Shown here piece by piece: positions 37,462 through 47,800 of a stretch of 64,000 nucleotides of DNA. The notes beneath the pieces were generated by a model. It had not been told where the DNA came from. It worked only from the letters and a program-made list of their open reading frames with translations, and searched no databases. Where the stretch lies: the NCBI GenBank assembly GCA_963666115.2, contig CAXXET010000007.1, forward strand, positions 192,001-256,000, given 5' to 3'. The position numbers were made by a program, and so were the translations under genes. This DNA is from Dehalococcoidia bacterium (GTDB lineage Bacteria > Chloroflexota > Dehalococcoidia > UBA6926). Each line of letters starts with the position of its first letter. The first letter of the stretch is position 1.

Positions 37462-38574
37462 ATGACGCCAATCAACGTGTCGGCAGAGTCGCACCTCGTT
37501 CGCAGCGTCCGCGACACGCTGGCGTCCGGCGGCTACGTTGCCCGTGGGGCACGGTTGCTGGTGGGGGTGTCCGGCGGGCCGGATTCAACCGCGCTGCTTT
37601 CGAGCCTCGTCGAGCTGCGCGAGGAGTGCCGGCTTGAACTTCACGTCGTCCACGTCGATCACGGGCTGCGCCCGGAGGCGCGCGGCGACGCGGCGTATGT
37701 GAGGCGTCTATGTGGGAAGTGGGAGGTGACGGCGGCCCTTAGGCAGGTGGATGTTCCCGCGCTGCGGAGGGCGGAGAGGCTGTCCGTGGAGGCGGCGGCG
37801 CGGCGGGCGCGACACCTTGCGCTGCTGGAGGAGGCGGCCGCATTCCAGGCGGACGGCATCGTTCTCGGACACACGGCGGACGACCAGATCGAGACCGTGC
37901 TGTTGAGCCTGCTGCGCGGGGCGGGGCTGCGCGGCCTGGCGGGTATGGCGGATGAGTCGGACTCGCCGTTCACGCTGCCCGCCGGAGAGCGCGTGCCAAT
38001 TCTCCGTCCCCTGCTTGGCGTGACACGGGCGGACGTCATTGACTATTTGAAAGAGCGCTGGCTGCGGCCCCGTCAGGACGCCTCCAACGCGGACCCGGCG
38101 CATCTCCGCAACCGCGTGCGGCATGAGTTGATTCCGCTGATGGAGCGCATCCGCGAGGGGGTGCAGGACGCCATCGGGCGGGCATCCGAGGATGCTCGCG
38201 CGGCACTGGAGTATATCGAGGGGCAGGCGGACGGGCTGTGGCGGGAGGCGTGTGAGGTTGCGGCAAATCGCGGGTCGGTTCGCATCGAACGCGACGTGAT
38301 GCGTCGGTCACACACCGCGCTGAGGCACGTAATCTACGAGCGGGCGGTGATTGCGCTGCTTAGGTCGACTGCGGGGTTTAACCGGCGAAACTACCGGGAT
38401 ATTGACGCGATGATCACCACGGGCCGTACTCGCTCGGAGATCGATCTGCCGAAAGGGCTGCGCCTTGCCTGTGTGGACAAGCACACGGCGATCCTGTCCA
38501 TGGACGGGCGGGGCAGGCGGCATCCGGGCGCGATTGGAGAGGACTCGACGGCAAAGGGTACTATTGAAGTATGA
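37462..38574 (+). CDS. tilS: tRNA(Ile)-lysidine synthetase
   Basis: PP-loop VSGGPDS, HVDHGLR, GHTADDQIET, RPLL, DASN, RNRVRH. Confidence 0.93.
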   Translation: MTPINVSAESHLVRSVRDTLASGGYVARGARLLVGVSGGPDSTALLSSLVELREECRLELHVVHVDHGLRPEARGDAAYVRRLCGKWEVTAALRQVDVPALRRAERLSVEAAARRARHLALLEEAAAFQADGIVLGHTADDQIETVLLSLLRGAGLRGLAGMADESDSPFTLPAGERVPILRPLLGVTRADVIDYLKERWLRPRQDASNADPAHLRNRVRHELIPLMERIREGVQDAIGRASEDARAALEYIEGQADGLWREACEVAANRGSVRIERDVMRRSHTALRHVIYERAVIALLRSTAGFNRRNYRDIDAMITTGRTRSEIDLPKGLRLACVDKHTAILSMDGRGRRHPGAIGEDSTAKGTIEV

Positions 38575-38900
38575 GCAGGAGACGAAACCAGACACCAAGG
38601 CCGGGGCGCGGCGGCGGGCGCGATGGGCGTGGCGGTCGAGGCGGCCAGCCAAACGCGGGCGGCAACCGGGCGGAACGGCGGTCGTTCCTGGAGCGGATTC
38701 GCGTGCGTGAAGACGTTGCGCCGGACGCGCCGGCGGGAATGCGGCGTGGACAACAGCGCCGAAACCGGTCACGCGGAGGAAACCGGCAGGGCTGGACATT
38801 CGGCCGCATCGCCGTGCTGTCTGTGATGGCATTCCTGGCGCTGGCGCTCGCGCTGAGCGGCCTAATCGCATTCCTCCCGCCGCCAGGGACGGCTGGGTAG
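38571..38900 (+). CDS. Small Arg/Gly-rich protein with C-terminal TM helix
   Basis: ATGA overlap with the tilS stop; single hydrophobic segment. Confidence 0.55.
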   Translation: MSRRRNQTPRPGRGGGRDGRGGRGGQPNAGGNRAERRSFLERIRVREDVAPDAPAGMRRGQQRRNRSRGGNRQGWTFGRIAVLSVMAFLALALALSGLIAFLPPPGTAG

Positions 38901-38932
38901 ACTGGCGGGCGCCACCTAACGCAGGCCTCTCC

Positions 38933-39661
38933 TCACCCCACCTTTGGCCTGCCCTTGAACCTCAGCCGGGCCAGGCCCTTGATGTCTTCCCAGGCGGTGG
39001 AGACTATCTTGACGCGGGTGTCCGGGTCTTCTTCCCAGGCGACGGGAAAATCGGCGATGGGGTAGCTGTTCTTTTCGGCGATGAGCAGCAGTTCCGTATC
39101 GAAGAACCACGCGTTGTCCTTGATGAGGGGCAGGAGGTTGTCCGCTGCGCGGCGGCTGATGGCCTTGAAGCCGCACTGCGCGTCCGAGAACCCGCTCCAG
39201 AACACGGACTTGATCATCAGGTTGTAGGAGCGCGAGACGAACTCCCGCTTGAATGAGCGTGTGGTCTCTGCGCCGCGCTTGAGGCGGGAGCCGGTCGCGA
39301 CGTCATGGCCGTCCCTGACCGCGTCGAGCAAGTCCGGAATGCGGTTGATGTCAGTCGAGAGATCGACATCCATGTAGGCGCGGATATCGGCGTCGCTTTC
39401 GCCCCACGCCCGCTTGAGCGCCCTGCCGCGTCCCTTCTGCTCCAGGTGAACGACGCCCACTTCGCCCTCATACTGCGCTGACAAATCGTTCGCCACCTCA
39501 AGCGTGCCGTCGATGGAGCCGTTGTCCGCGATGACGACGCGCCAGTGATAGCCGGCCAGGTTCTCGCGGCAAAAGGGTAGCAGGCGCTCAAGGCAGACCG
39601 GCAGTGAGCGCTCCTCGTTGTAAACGGGGATAACAATGTCGGCGGAGAGGGTGTCCGTCAT
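38933..39661 (-). CDS. GT2 glycosyltransferase (polyprenyl-phosphate glycosyltransferase-like)
   Basis: IVIPVYNE, ADNGS, YMDVD, DAQCGFKA, WFFDTE. Confidence 0.92.
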   Translation of the reverse strand: MTDTLSADIVIPVYNEERSLPVCLERLLPFCRENLAGYHWRVVIADNGSIDGTLEVANDLSAQYEGEVGVVHLEQKGRGRALKRAWGESDADIRAYMDVDLSTDINRIPDLLDAVRDGHDVATGSRLKRGAETTRSFKREFVSRSYNLMIKSVFWSGFSDAQCGFKAISRRAADNLLPLIKDNAWFFDTELLLIAEKNSYPIADFPVAWEEDPDTRVKIVSTAWEDIKGLARLRFKGRPKVG

Positions 39662-39670
39662 GGCAGTATT

Positions 39671-41230
39671 CTAGTGGCGGAAGTGACGGACGCCGGTGAA
39701 CACCATGGCCGCGCCGGCGCTGTTGGCGGCGGCGATGACCTCATCGTCACGGACGGAGCCGCCGGGCTGCACCGCCGCCGTGACACCGCCCGCCAGCGCC
39801 ATCTCCAACCCGTCCGCGAACGGGAAGAAGGCATCCGACGCCACGACTCCGCCCTGCGCCTCGTCTCCGGCCAGTTTCAGGGCGAGTTCCACGCTGATGA
39901 GGCGATTCGGCTGCCCCGCGCCCATCCCACGCAGCGCGCCGTCCTTGACGATCACGATGGCGTTGGATTTGACGTGCCGCGCGGCTTTCCATGCGAAGCG
40001 TAAATCGGCAAGCTCCGCGTCCGTCGGCTCGCGCTCCGTGACCGTCCGCCACTCGCCCATTTCGCCCATGTCTGCGGCCTGCACGAGGAATCCGCCGCGC
40101 ACCGTGCGGATGTCCAAGGACGGCGTCGCGGCGGACGCGTCGTTCATCTCCAACAACCGCAGGTTGCGTTTCTGCGTGAGGACGGAAAGCGCGTCATCGT
40201 CGTAGGACGGGGCGATAACGATCTCATAGAATGCCTCGTTGATGGCCTCCGCAGTCGCCCTGTCCATCGGGCGGTTGGCGGCGATGATGCCGCCGAACGC
40301 GGAGACGGGGTCGCCCGCGAGGGCCCGCGTGAACGCGGTGACGAGCTCCGGCGCGGTGGCGAGGCCGCACGGGTTGCCGTGCTTGATGACGGCGACCGTT
40401 GGCGCGTCCGGAAAATCGCTCACGACGTTCCACGCGGCATCGGCGTCCAGGATGTTGTTGAAGGACATCTCACGGCCATGCACCTGGCGGGCGGAGGGGA
40501 TGCCCTGCGCGGGGCGGCCCGGATCGTTGATCGTATAGAGCGCGCCCGCCTGGTGGGGATTCTCACCATACCGCAGCGACTGAATGGATTGGAGGGGGAG
40601 GACGCGCTCAGCGGGGAGCGCGGCGGCCTCATCGTCCATGCCCGCTGCGCCCATGTCACGCCCAAGATAGCCGGCGATCACAGTGTCATAGGCGGAGACG
40701 TGCTCAAACGCCTTTCGGGCGAGGCGCCGGCGCTCGGCAACGGGCACGACGCCTGCGCGGAGCATCTCCAGAACGGGCGCATAGTCCGCAGGATCGATCA
40801 TCACGATCACAGCCGGAAAATTCTTGGCGGCGGCGCGGACCATCGTGGGGCCGCCGATGTCAATCTGCTCCAGCGCGTCCATGAGAGTCACGTCCGGCCT
40901 GGAAACGGTCTCCGCGAATGGGTAGAGGTTCACGGCAATGAGGTCGATTGTGCCGATGCCGTGCTTTTCCATCTGCGCCACGTGGTCCGGCTCCTCGCGC
41001 TTGGCGAGGATGCCGCCGTGGACGCGGGGATGGAGGGTCTTGACGCGGCCATCGAGTATCTCGGGGAAGCCGGTTAGGTCCTCGATGTGCTTGGCTTCGA
41101 CGCCCGCGCCGGTCAGGAAGCGGTGCGTGCCACCTGTCGCATAGACCTCCCAGCCGAGGCCGGTCAGCCCGTGCGCGAGTGTGTCCGCGCCGTCCTTGTT
41201 GGACGGGGCGATGATTGCCCGAAAAGTCAT
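39671..41230 (-). CDS. purH: Bifunctional AICAR transformylase / IMP cyclohydrolase
   Basis: GRVKTLHP, IDIGGP, LRYGENPHQ, KHGNPCG, SDAFFPF, RHFRH. Confidence 0.97.
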   Translation of the reverse strand: MTFRAIIAPSNKDGADTLAHGLTGLGWEVYATGGTHRFLTGAGVEAKHIEDLTGFPEILDGRVKTLHPRVHGGILAKREEPDHVAQMEKHGIGTIDLIAVNLYPFAETVSRPDVTLMDALEQIDIGGPTMVRAAAKNFPAVIVMIDPADYAPVLEMLRAGVVPVAERRRLARKAFEHVSAYDTVIAGYLGRDMGAAGMDDEAAALPAERVLPLQSIQSLRYGENPHQAGALYTINDPGRPAQGIPSARQVHGREMSFNNILDADAAWNVVSDFPDAPTVAVIKHGNPCGLATAPELVTAFTRALAGDPVSAFGGIIAANRPMDRATAEAINEAFYEIVIAPSYDDDALSVLTQKRNLRLLEMNDASAATPSLDIRTVRGGFLVQAADMGEMGEWRTVTEREPTDAELADLRFAWKAARHVKSNAIVIVKDGALRGMGAGQPNRLISVELALKLAGDEAQGGVVASDAFFPFADGLEMALAGGVTAAVQPGGSVRDDEVIAAANSAGAAMVFTGVRHFRH

Positions 41231-42267
41231 TCGCGCTCCATTCTCAGGATGATGCGCTCGCCGTCCGGCGGGCGTTCTTCAATTGTGCCGATCCGCGCGC
41301 TGCCCTGCATGGCGGACATGACCATTGGCGCGTCCTGCGGGCGCACGACGGCGATCATTCCCATGCCCATGTTGAACACGCCATACATCTCCGTCAGTGG
41401 GATTTCCCCGCGGCTGCCGATCAGCCGAAAGATGGGCGGCACATCCCACGCGCCGCAGTCGATGACGGCGCGCAGGCCGTCCGGCAGGACGCGCGGCACG
41501 TTCTCCGCATAGCCGCCGCCCGTGACATGCGCGAGGCCGCGGATACGCCGCCGCATCGGCTTCAGTTCTCGATAATAGGGCCGGTGGACGGCCAACAAGG
41601 CCTCCGCCAGCGTCTCGCCGCCGAGTTCAGACGGCCTTTCGTCAAGATTCTCCGGGTGTTCGTCCAGGTCAAAGACGCGGCGGGCCAGCGAGTAGCCGTT
41701 CGTGTGGAGGCCAGTTGACGGCAGGCCGACGAGGACATCGCCCGCGCGAATTCCCGTTCCGTCAATGAGGTCCCACCGCTCGACTGCGCCAACGATGAAT
41801 CCGGCAACGTCGTAATGGCCCTCCCGGTATGTGCCGGGCATCTCCGCAGTTTCGCCGCCGATGAGGGCAATGCCTGCCGCGCTGCACGCCTCCGCCATGC
41901 CGCGCACAATGTCGGCGGCGTCCTGCGGATTGAGGCTGTCGGCGGCGATATAGTCCAGAAAGAAGAGCGGATCGGCGCCCTGCACCCAGATATCGTTGAT
42001 GCAGTGGTTCACGAGGTCCGCGCCGATGCTTGCGAACGACCCAGCCTGCCTGGCGACGTTGATCTTCGTGCCGACACCGTCGGCGCTGGCAACGAGTATC
42101 GGCTCACGGTAGGAATCGAGTTTGAACAGGCCGCCAAAGCCGCCGATGTCACCCAGAACGCGGCTGTTGTACGTGGACTGCGCGAACGGGCGCATCAAGC
42201 GCACGGCCTCCTGCCCCGCGCCGATGTTCACACCGGCTGCCGCGTAGCTCGACTCCGACTCAGACAC
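41227..42267 (-). CDS. purM: Phosphoribosylformylglycinamidine cyclo-ligase
   Basis: YAAAGVNI, DGVGTK, GGETAEMPG, GLHTNGYSL, FNMGMG; GTG at 42267 overlaps the purF end. Confidence 0.96.
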   Translation of the reverse strand: MSESESSYAAAGVNIGAGQEAVRLMRPFAQSTYNSRVLGDIGGFGGLFKLDSYREPILVASADGVGTKINVARQAGSFASIGADLVNHCINDIWVQGADPLFFLDYIAADSLNPQDAADIVRGMAEACSAAGIALIGGETAEMPGTYREGHYDVAGFIVGAVERWDLIDGTGIRAGDVLVGLPSTGLHTNGYSLARRVFDLDEHPENLDERPSELGGETLAEALLAVHRPYYRELKPMRRRIRGLAHVTGGGYAENVPRVLPDGLRAVIDCGAWDVPPIFRLIGSRGEIPLTEMYGVFNMGMGMIAVVRPQDAPMVMSAMQGSARIGTIEERPPDGERIILRMERE

Positions 42268-43681
42268 GCAGGGGGAGCCGCTCCAGCGCAAATTTATCAA
42301 GCTCAACCTGGACGGGAACAGAGTATTCGCCCGTGAAACAGGCCGTGCAGAATCCCGGGCCCTCCTGGGCGACTGACTGGTACAGGCTCGGGACATCGAG
42401 GAATCCGAGGCTTTCAACACCGAGTTCGTCACGCACCTCTTCAACGCTGCGATCCGACGCGAGCAGCTCCGCCCGATTCGGCATGTCGATTCCGTAGTGG
42501 CAGGGATAGCGGATGGGAGGAGCGCAGACGCGGAGGTGTATCTCTTTCGCGCCCGCGCTGCGGAGAAGTTCGATCAGGTGGCGCGTGGTCGTGCCGCGCA
42601 CGATGCTGTCGTCCACGATCACAAGGCGCTTGCCCTCGATCACTTCGCGGAGCGGCGTCAGCTTCAGGCGCACGCCCTCGTCGCGCAACCGCTGATCCGG
42701 CTGGATGAACGTGCGGCCAACATAGCGGTTCTTGACCAGCGTCTCGTAGAAGGGGATGCCGGAGCCGTGCGCGTAGCCGATGCCGGCGGCGGTGGCGGAG
42801 TCCGGTACGGCGCTCACAATATCCGCTTCGACGGGGTGCATCCGGGCCAGTTCCTTGCCCATTGCCTCCCGGCTCAGGTAGACGCGCCGGCCTTCAAGGA
42901 CGGAGTCCGGGCGGGAGAAATAGATGTGCTCGAAGATGCAGAGTGATCGCGCCTCGCGGCGTCCGAACGTGGAATGGATGCCGGTTGAATCAATGCGGAC
43001 AATCTCGCCGGGCTCCACCTCGCGAACGAACTCCGCGCCGACGTTTTCCAGCGCGCACGTCTCGGACGCGGCCATCCAGCCGGACTCAGCGACGCGCCCG
43101 AGGCTCAGTGGGCGGAATCCGTGCGGGTCCCTGACGGCATAGACGGCGTCCTTTGTAAGAATGGTGAGGCTGTACGCGCCCTCCAGTCGGAGCATCGCCG
43201 CCATGATCTTCTCTTCCCACGTTGTGCCGGGGAGGACGGCAATGAGCTGGGCGACGACTTCCGAATCCGTCGTTGTCACGAATTGCGCGCCAAGTTCCAG
43301 CGCCTCCTCCCGCAGGAGTTCAGCGTTGACGACGTTGCCGTTGTGCGCGATGAGAACTTCGCCGAGAGGGCCGTTTGCCGGAATCGGCTGCGCATTGGCG
43401 AGGGTGGAACTGCCGGTGGTGGAGTACCGTGTGTGGCCGATGGCGAGGCTGCCTGGGATGACGTTCAGGGTGTGCTCATCAAAGACGCGGTTCACCAGTC
43501 CGAGGCCGCGATACAGGTGGAGCTCCTGGTTGTCGTCGGAGGCGGCGATACCGGCGCTTTCCTGGCCGCGGTGCTGGAGGGAGAAGATGCCGAAAAAGGC
43601 AGCCCGCGCGGCATCGCCGCCCGGTAGGTAGATGCCAACGACGCCGCAAGCGTCGTGCAACTTGTCGTCGTCCACTCTCAC
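42260..43681 (-). CDS. purF: Amidophosphoribosyltransferase
   Basis: Propeptide then CGVVG, LQHRGQE, GHTRYST, VDDSIVRGTT, Fe-S cysteines (CTAC). Confidence 0.97.
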   Translation of the reverse strand: MRVDDDKLHDACGVVGIYLPGGDAARAAFFGIFSLQHRGQESAGIAASDDNQELHLYRGLGLVNRVFDEHTLNVIPGSLAIGHTRYSTTGSSTLANAQPIPANGPLGEVLIAHNGNVVNAELLREEALELGAQFVTTTDSEVVAQLIAVLPGTTWEEKIMAAMLRLEGAYSLTILTKDAVYAVRDPHGFRPLSLGRVAESGWMAASETCALENVGAEFVREVEPGEIVRIDSTGIHSTFGRREARSLCIFEHIYFSRPDSVLEGRRVYLSREAMGKELARMHPVEADIVSAVPDSATAAGIGYAHGSGIPFYETLVKNRYVGRTFIQPDQRLRDEGVRLKLTPLREVIEGKRLVIVDDSIVRGTTTRHLIELLRSAGAKEIHLRVCAPPIRYPCHYGIDMPNRAELLASDRSVEEVRDELGVESLGFLDVPSLYQSVAQEGPGFCTACFTGEYSVPVQVELDKFALERLPLRV

Positions 43682-43789
43682 CTACCGGTGACCATCAGGC
43701 TAGACTCCCCGGTCATTGCCTCAGCGAAACAAAGGCTAGGATACCAAATCTCAGGCGGGAGCGCACGCCGAGAGGCAGGGGAACATCCG

Positions 43790-44986
43790 CTAGCCCGTCA
43801 CGGCGGCGATGGCGTCCTCCAGGATTGCGACGCCCTTGTCCATGTCCTCGTCTGAGAGCGTGAGGGGGGGCATGAGGCGGAGCGCGTTTGGGCGCACACG
43901 GTTGACCAACATGCCGCGCTCCAGGCAGGCCGCGAGCAAATCGCCCGCGATTTCCTCAGTGAATTGCACGGCCACGAGCAGGCCCATGCCGCGCACCTCA
44001 GCGATAGAAGATTGCCGGTCGGCCACCCCTTTGAGAGCGCCAAGCAGCCGCTCCCCGGACGCCTGGACACGCCCCGGTATGTCTTCCGCAAGAACGGTGC
44101 GGAGCACGGCGAGCGCGGCGGCAGTCGTCAGCACGTTTCCGCCGTACGTGGAACCGTGGTCGCCGTAGGTGAGCGCGTCCGCGTGGTCCTTGGTGAGAAA
44201 CGCCCCGATGGGCACGCCGCCGCCGAGTCCCTTCGCCAATGACATGACGTCCGGCTCTACTCCAAACGCCTCGTACCCGAAGAGATGGCCGAGTCTGCCG
44301 ACCCCTGTCTGCACTTCATCCAGGATTAGCAGCAGGTTGTTCTCATCGCACCATGCGCGAACACCGGGCAGGTAATCGGGATCGGGAACATTGACGCCGC
44401 CCTCGCCCTGCACCGGCTCCAGCATCACGGCCACGGTGCGCTCCGATGTCGCCTCGCGGATGGCGGCCATGTCATTGAACGGGACGTGGACGAATCCGGG
44501 GGTGAGCGGCTTGAAACCGTCCTGGTAGTGCGGCTGGCCTGTGGCCGCGACGGTCGTCATCGTCCGGCCATGAAACGATTCCAGGGCGGTGATGATCTCA
44601 TAGGCGCCGTCCTTGTGGAGCACGCCGTAGCGGCGGGCAACCTTGATCGCGCCCTCCACGGCCTCAGCGCCGCTGTTGCAGAAGAAGACGCGGTCCATGC
44701 AGGAATTGTCGATGAGAAGTTGCGCGAGCTCGATCTGCGGAACGGTGTAGAAGGCGTTGGACGTCTGAATCAGTGTCTCGGCCTGCTCGGCGATCGCTTT
44801 TGTCATGGCCGGGTGGGAGTGTCCCAGTGTGGCCGTTGCCCATCCGCCCACGAAGTCCAGGTACTCCTTCCCCTTGTCATCCCACACCGTGCTGTCCTTG
44901 CCCCGCACGAGGGTGACCGGAACGCGGCGCACCGTCTGCATGTAATAGTCGGACTCTACCTGCTGCCAGTCTTTCGACGTTGTCAT
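43790..44986 (-). CDS. argD: Acetylornithine aminotransferase
   Basis: NSGAEAVE, FHGRT, DEVQTG, LAKGLGGG, HGSTYGG; arg cluster context. Confidence 0.92.
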   Translation of the reverse strand: MTTSKDWQQVESDYYMQTVRRVPVTLVRGKDSTVWDDKGKEYLDFVGGWATATLGHSHPAMTKAIAEQAETLIQTSNAFYTVPQIELAQLLIDNSCMDRVFFCNSGAEAVEGAIKVARRYGVLHKDGAYEIITALESFHGRTMTTVAATGQPHYQDGFKPLTPGFVHVPFNDMAAIREATSERTVAVMLEPVQGEGGVNVPDPDYLPGVRAWCDENNLLLILDEVQTGVGRLGHLFGYEAFGVEPDVMSLAKGLGGGVPIGAFLTKDHADALTYGDHGSTYGGNVLTTAAALAVLRTVLAEDIPGRVQASGERLLGALKGVADRQSSIAEVRGMGLLVAVQFTEEIAGDLLAACLERGMLVNRVRPNALRLMPPLTLSDEDMDKGVAILEDAIAAVTG

Positions 44987-45049
44987 GTGATTCTCTCCAT
45001 TGCCGCCGGTGGATACAACGGAGGTTGAGAGTCGGCCAGCCGGTTAGCC

Positions 45050-47800
45050 TTACGCCGCTCTTTCCTCCTCTTCTTCCAGCGCTTCGTCTATCGTTCGGGC
45101 GATGTCCTCGATTTGTTGGGTGAGCTCCTCCGCAGAATCGCGCAGGCCGTCAAGCTCGGAGCGCAGCCGCTCGATGACAGTCAGCGGCGTTGTGCCGTCT
45201 TCGCCGGTTGGCTGAGGCCGCGTCTCGCGGATGGCGGTCGTGCCACCCTGCCTGGCGAGAAGGTTATTGAGCGACTGGCTCAACGACGGAAGCATCACGG
45301 GCTCCTCGCCCTGCTGGACGAGCACGACACGCGTCAACTGCGGATACTCAATGTCCTCGGCCTTGAGGTAGATTGGCTCCGCATAGATGATGTTGTCGCC
45401 GACCGGGATGACGAGCAGATTCCCGCGCAGGACGTTTGATCCGGCCTGGTCCCACAACGTGAATTGCTGGGAGATCTCGGGGTTGGTGGTGATGCGCGCC
45501 TCAACCTGTTGCGGGCCGTCTATCTGCCGCTCCTTCGGGAACGTGTAGGCGATGAGCGAGCCGTAGTTTTCGCCGTCGTTCCGGGCCGCCAGCCAGCCGA
45601 CAAGATTCGGCTTGCCGTCCGGCGTGAACGGCATGATCAGCACGAACTCCTCCTGCTCTTCACCCGGCAGGCCCATGATGAGGTAGTAGGGCTCCATGAC
45701 CTGCGCCTGGTCGCTGAAGAAGAGCTCCAGCGGGAAGTTCCACAGATCCTCCTGGTTGTAGAAAACCTGCGGGTCCGTCATGTGGAACTTGAGATATTTG
45801 TCCGCCTGGATGGTGAAGAAGTCCTCCGGGTAGCGCAGGTGGGAGCGCAGGGACTCCGGCATCTCGCTCATCGGCTTGAACAGGTCCGGGAACACGCTCC
45901 GGTACGTCCTGATGATTCCGTCCGATTCGTCCGCGATGTAGAGATCGACAGAGCCGTCATAGGCGTCGATCACCGCCTTGACGCTGTTGCGGATGTAGTT
46001 GAATCCCCTGGGCGCGGGCTCCGAATACGGGAAACGGTCACTGATCGTGTAAGCGTCCTGAACCCAGTAGAGCTTGCCGTCCGCAACGACGATGTATGGG
46101 TCGGAATCGAGTGCAAGGAACGGGGCAAGATGGCCGACGCGCTCCTGGATGTCCCGGAAGTACAGTATCTGGCTCTCGTCAGTGATTGCGCCTGTGATCA
46201 GGATGTTGAGATCAGTGAATCGCCACGCGAAGAGGATGCGGGACAGCAACCCGCTGATGGAGACACCGTCCCCCTCAAACGACTGGTAGACCGGCCCGGC
46301 GTCTGTTGGATGGTCAAATTCGGGCGTCGTACTTCGCACAATAACCCAATCGTCCGTCGCTTCCCCGAAATAGACCTGCGGGATGTCGACGCCCGGCGCG
46401 CCGGTGACGGGCTCCGGTGGAATGTCCTGCAAAAAGAACTCCGGCAGGCCGTCCTGTGTGAATTCCGTCACAGGGCTCATTGCCGCGCCGTACCCGTGCG
46501 TGTATTGAAGCCGCTGGTTGACCCACGTTTGGGCCTGCGGGTCCAACTGTGACTGCACCAGTTCCCGCGTGCCGACCATCACCTGGCGATAGTCGCCGTC
46601 AATGGTGTAGCGGTCGATATCGATGTCGAGGAACGAGTATTGCAGCCGGAAGAACTGGATCTGGTTATAGACATCACGGAGAGGCCGGTGATCCCAGAGG
46701 CGGATGTTCTCGAACGTGCCCGGGTTATCGTCCACGATCTCATGGGTGATGCTCTCCGGGCTTGAATCGTATGGCTGCTCTTCAATGCGATTGAGCGCAA
46801 ATCCTTCCCGTGTCATCTCGATGCTGCGCTCGATATAGGTTTGCTCGCGCTCAAACTCGTTCGGCTGAACCTGGAAACGCTGAACGGCGGCGGGCAGGAG
46901 TCCGGTGCCGACGGTCAGCGCCAGGAACCAGATGCCGATCGCCGCAAACGGCAGGCCCTGCCAGCGCAGGAACGAGTTGGCCGCAAGCAGGATGGCGACC
47001 AGGATGCTGATGACAATGAGAACGCGCAGCGCGGGCTGTCTGATGACGACATCCGTGTACGCCGCGCCGTATGCCGCGCCTCGCGCCGAGTACAGGAGCT
47101 CCTGCAGGCTGAGCCAGTAACCGATGGCAAGCAGCAGGAAGAATATGACACCCAGGGCGGAGAGATGGGCGCGGAGCGTCGGCGTCAGCTGGAACTGGAA
47201 GCCGCCAAGCGCGAAGTTGATGGCGTAAATGCCCACGGCAAAGAGAGCGTTGACGATGACCACACCCAGCGCCCACCCCTGCAGGAATCGATAGAAGGGG
47301 AGATCAAACAGGTATGCCGCGACATCGCGGTTGTAGAGCGGGTCGGTCAGGTTGAACATCTCCGCGTTTGTGAACCGCAGCGCCGTTTCCCAGTACCCGG
47401 ACGCCGCGGCGCCAAAGACGATCGACAGCAGGACGCCGGCGACGATGAGACCGATGACGACCAGCCGCCGCGCCCACGTGAGCGCCTCGAGCGGGATGTT
47501 GAGCGCCGCCTCTGGCGAGATCCCCTTCGGCGAATACCGCTGTGCCAGGTAAACGTTCGCCCCAAAGACGGCGGCGAAGACCAACGCGCCGACCACGAAC
47601 AGGGTGACGCGGGTCGTGAGGATTGTCGTGAAGACGGACAGATAGCCCAGATTGTCGAACCAGAGCCAATCGACGTAGATGTTGGCAGCTATCGAGCCGC
47701 CAATCCAGAGGAGAAGCAGCGCGCCGAGCGGAATCGCCCAGTTGAGAATCGATGAAAGGCGGGGCGGCTCTCGCCGCTCGAATTCGTCCAGAAAGCTCAC
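45050..47800 (-). CDS. UPF0182 family membrane protein
   Basis: YVDWLWF, NIRLWD, YTHGYG, NYIRNSVK, LRYPEDFF motifs; multi-TM N-terminus. Confidence 0.93.
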   Translation of the reverse strand: MSFLDEFERREPPRLSSILNWAIPLGALLLLWIGGSIAANIYVDWLWFDNLGYLSVFTTILTTRVTLFVVGALVFAAVFGANVYLAQRYSPKGISPEAALNIPLEALTWARRLVVIGLIVAGVLLSIVFGAAASGYWETALRFTNAEMFNLTDPLYNRDVAAYLFDLPFYRFLQGWALGVVIVNALFAVGIYAINFALGGFQFQLTPTLRAHLSALGVIFFLLLAIGYWLSLQELLYSARGAAYGAAYTDVVIRQPALRVLIVISILVAILLAANSFLRWQGLPFAAIGIWFLALTVGTGLLPAAVQRFQVQPNEFEREQTYIERSIEMTREGFALNRIEEQPYDSSPESITHEIVDDNPGTFENIRLWDHRPLRDVYNQIQFFRLQYSFLDIDIDRYTIDGDYRQVMVGTRELVQSQLDPQAQTWVNQRLQYTHGYGAAMSPVTEFTQDGLPEFFLQDIPPEPVTGAPGVDIPQVYFGEATDDWVIVRSTTPEFDHPTDAGPVYQSFEGDGVSISGLLSRILFAWRFTDLNILITGAITDESQILYFRDIQERVGHLAPFLALDSDPYIVVADGKLYWVQDAYTISDRFPYSEPAPRGFNYIRNSVKAVIDAYDGSVDLYIADESDGIIRTYRSVFPDLFKPMSEMPESLRSHLRYPEDFFTIQADKYLKFHMTDPQVFYNQEDLWNFPLELFFSDQAQVMEPYYLIMGLPGEEQEEFVLIMPFTPDGKPNLVGWLAARNDGENYGSLIAYTFPKERQIDGPQQVEARITTNPEISQQFTLWDQAGSNVLRGNLLVIPVGDNIIYAEPIYLKAEDIEYPQLTRVVLVQQGEEPVMLPSLSQSLNNLLARQGGTTAIRETRPQPTGEDGTTPLTVIERLRSELDGLRDSAEELTQQIEDIARTIDEALEEEEERAA

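Noticed and set aside
43682-43789. ZTP, PRPP or purine riboswitch upstream of purF
   Set aside because: Only a short TGACC/GGTCA dyad; conserved aptamer motifs are not recognisable.
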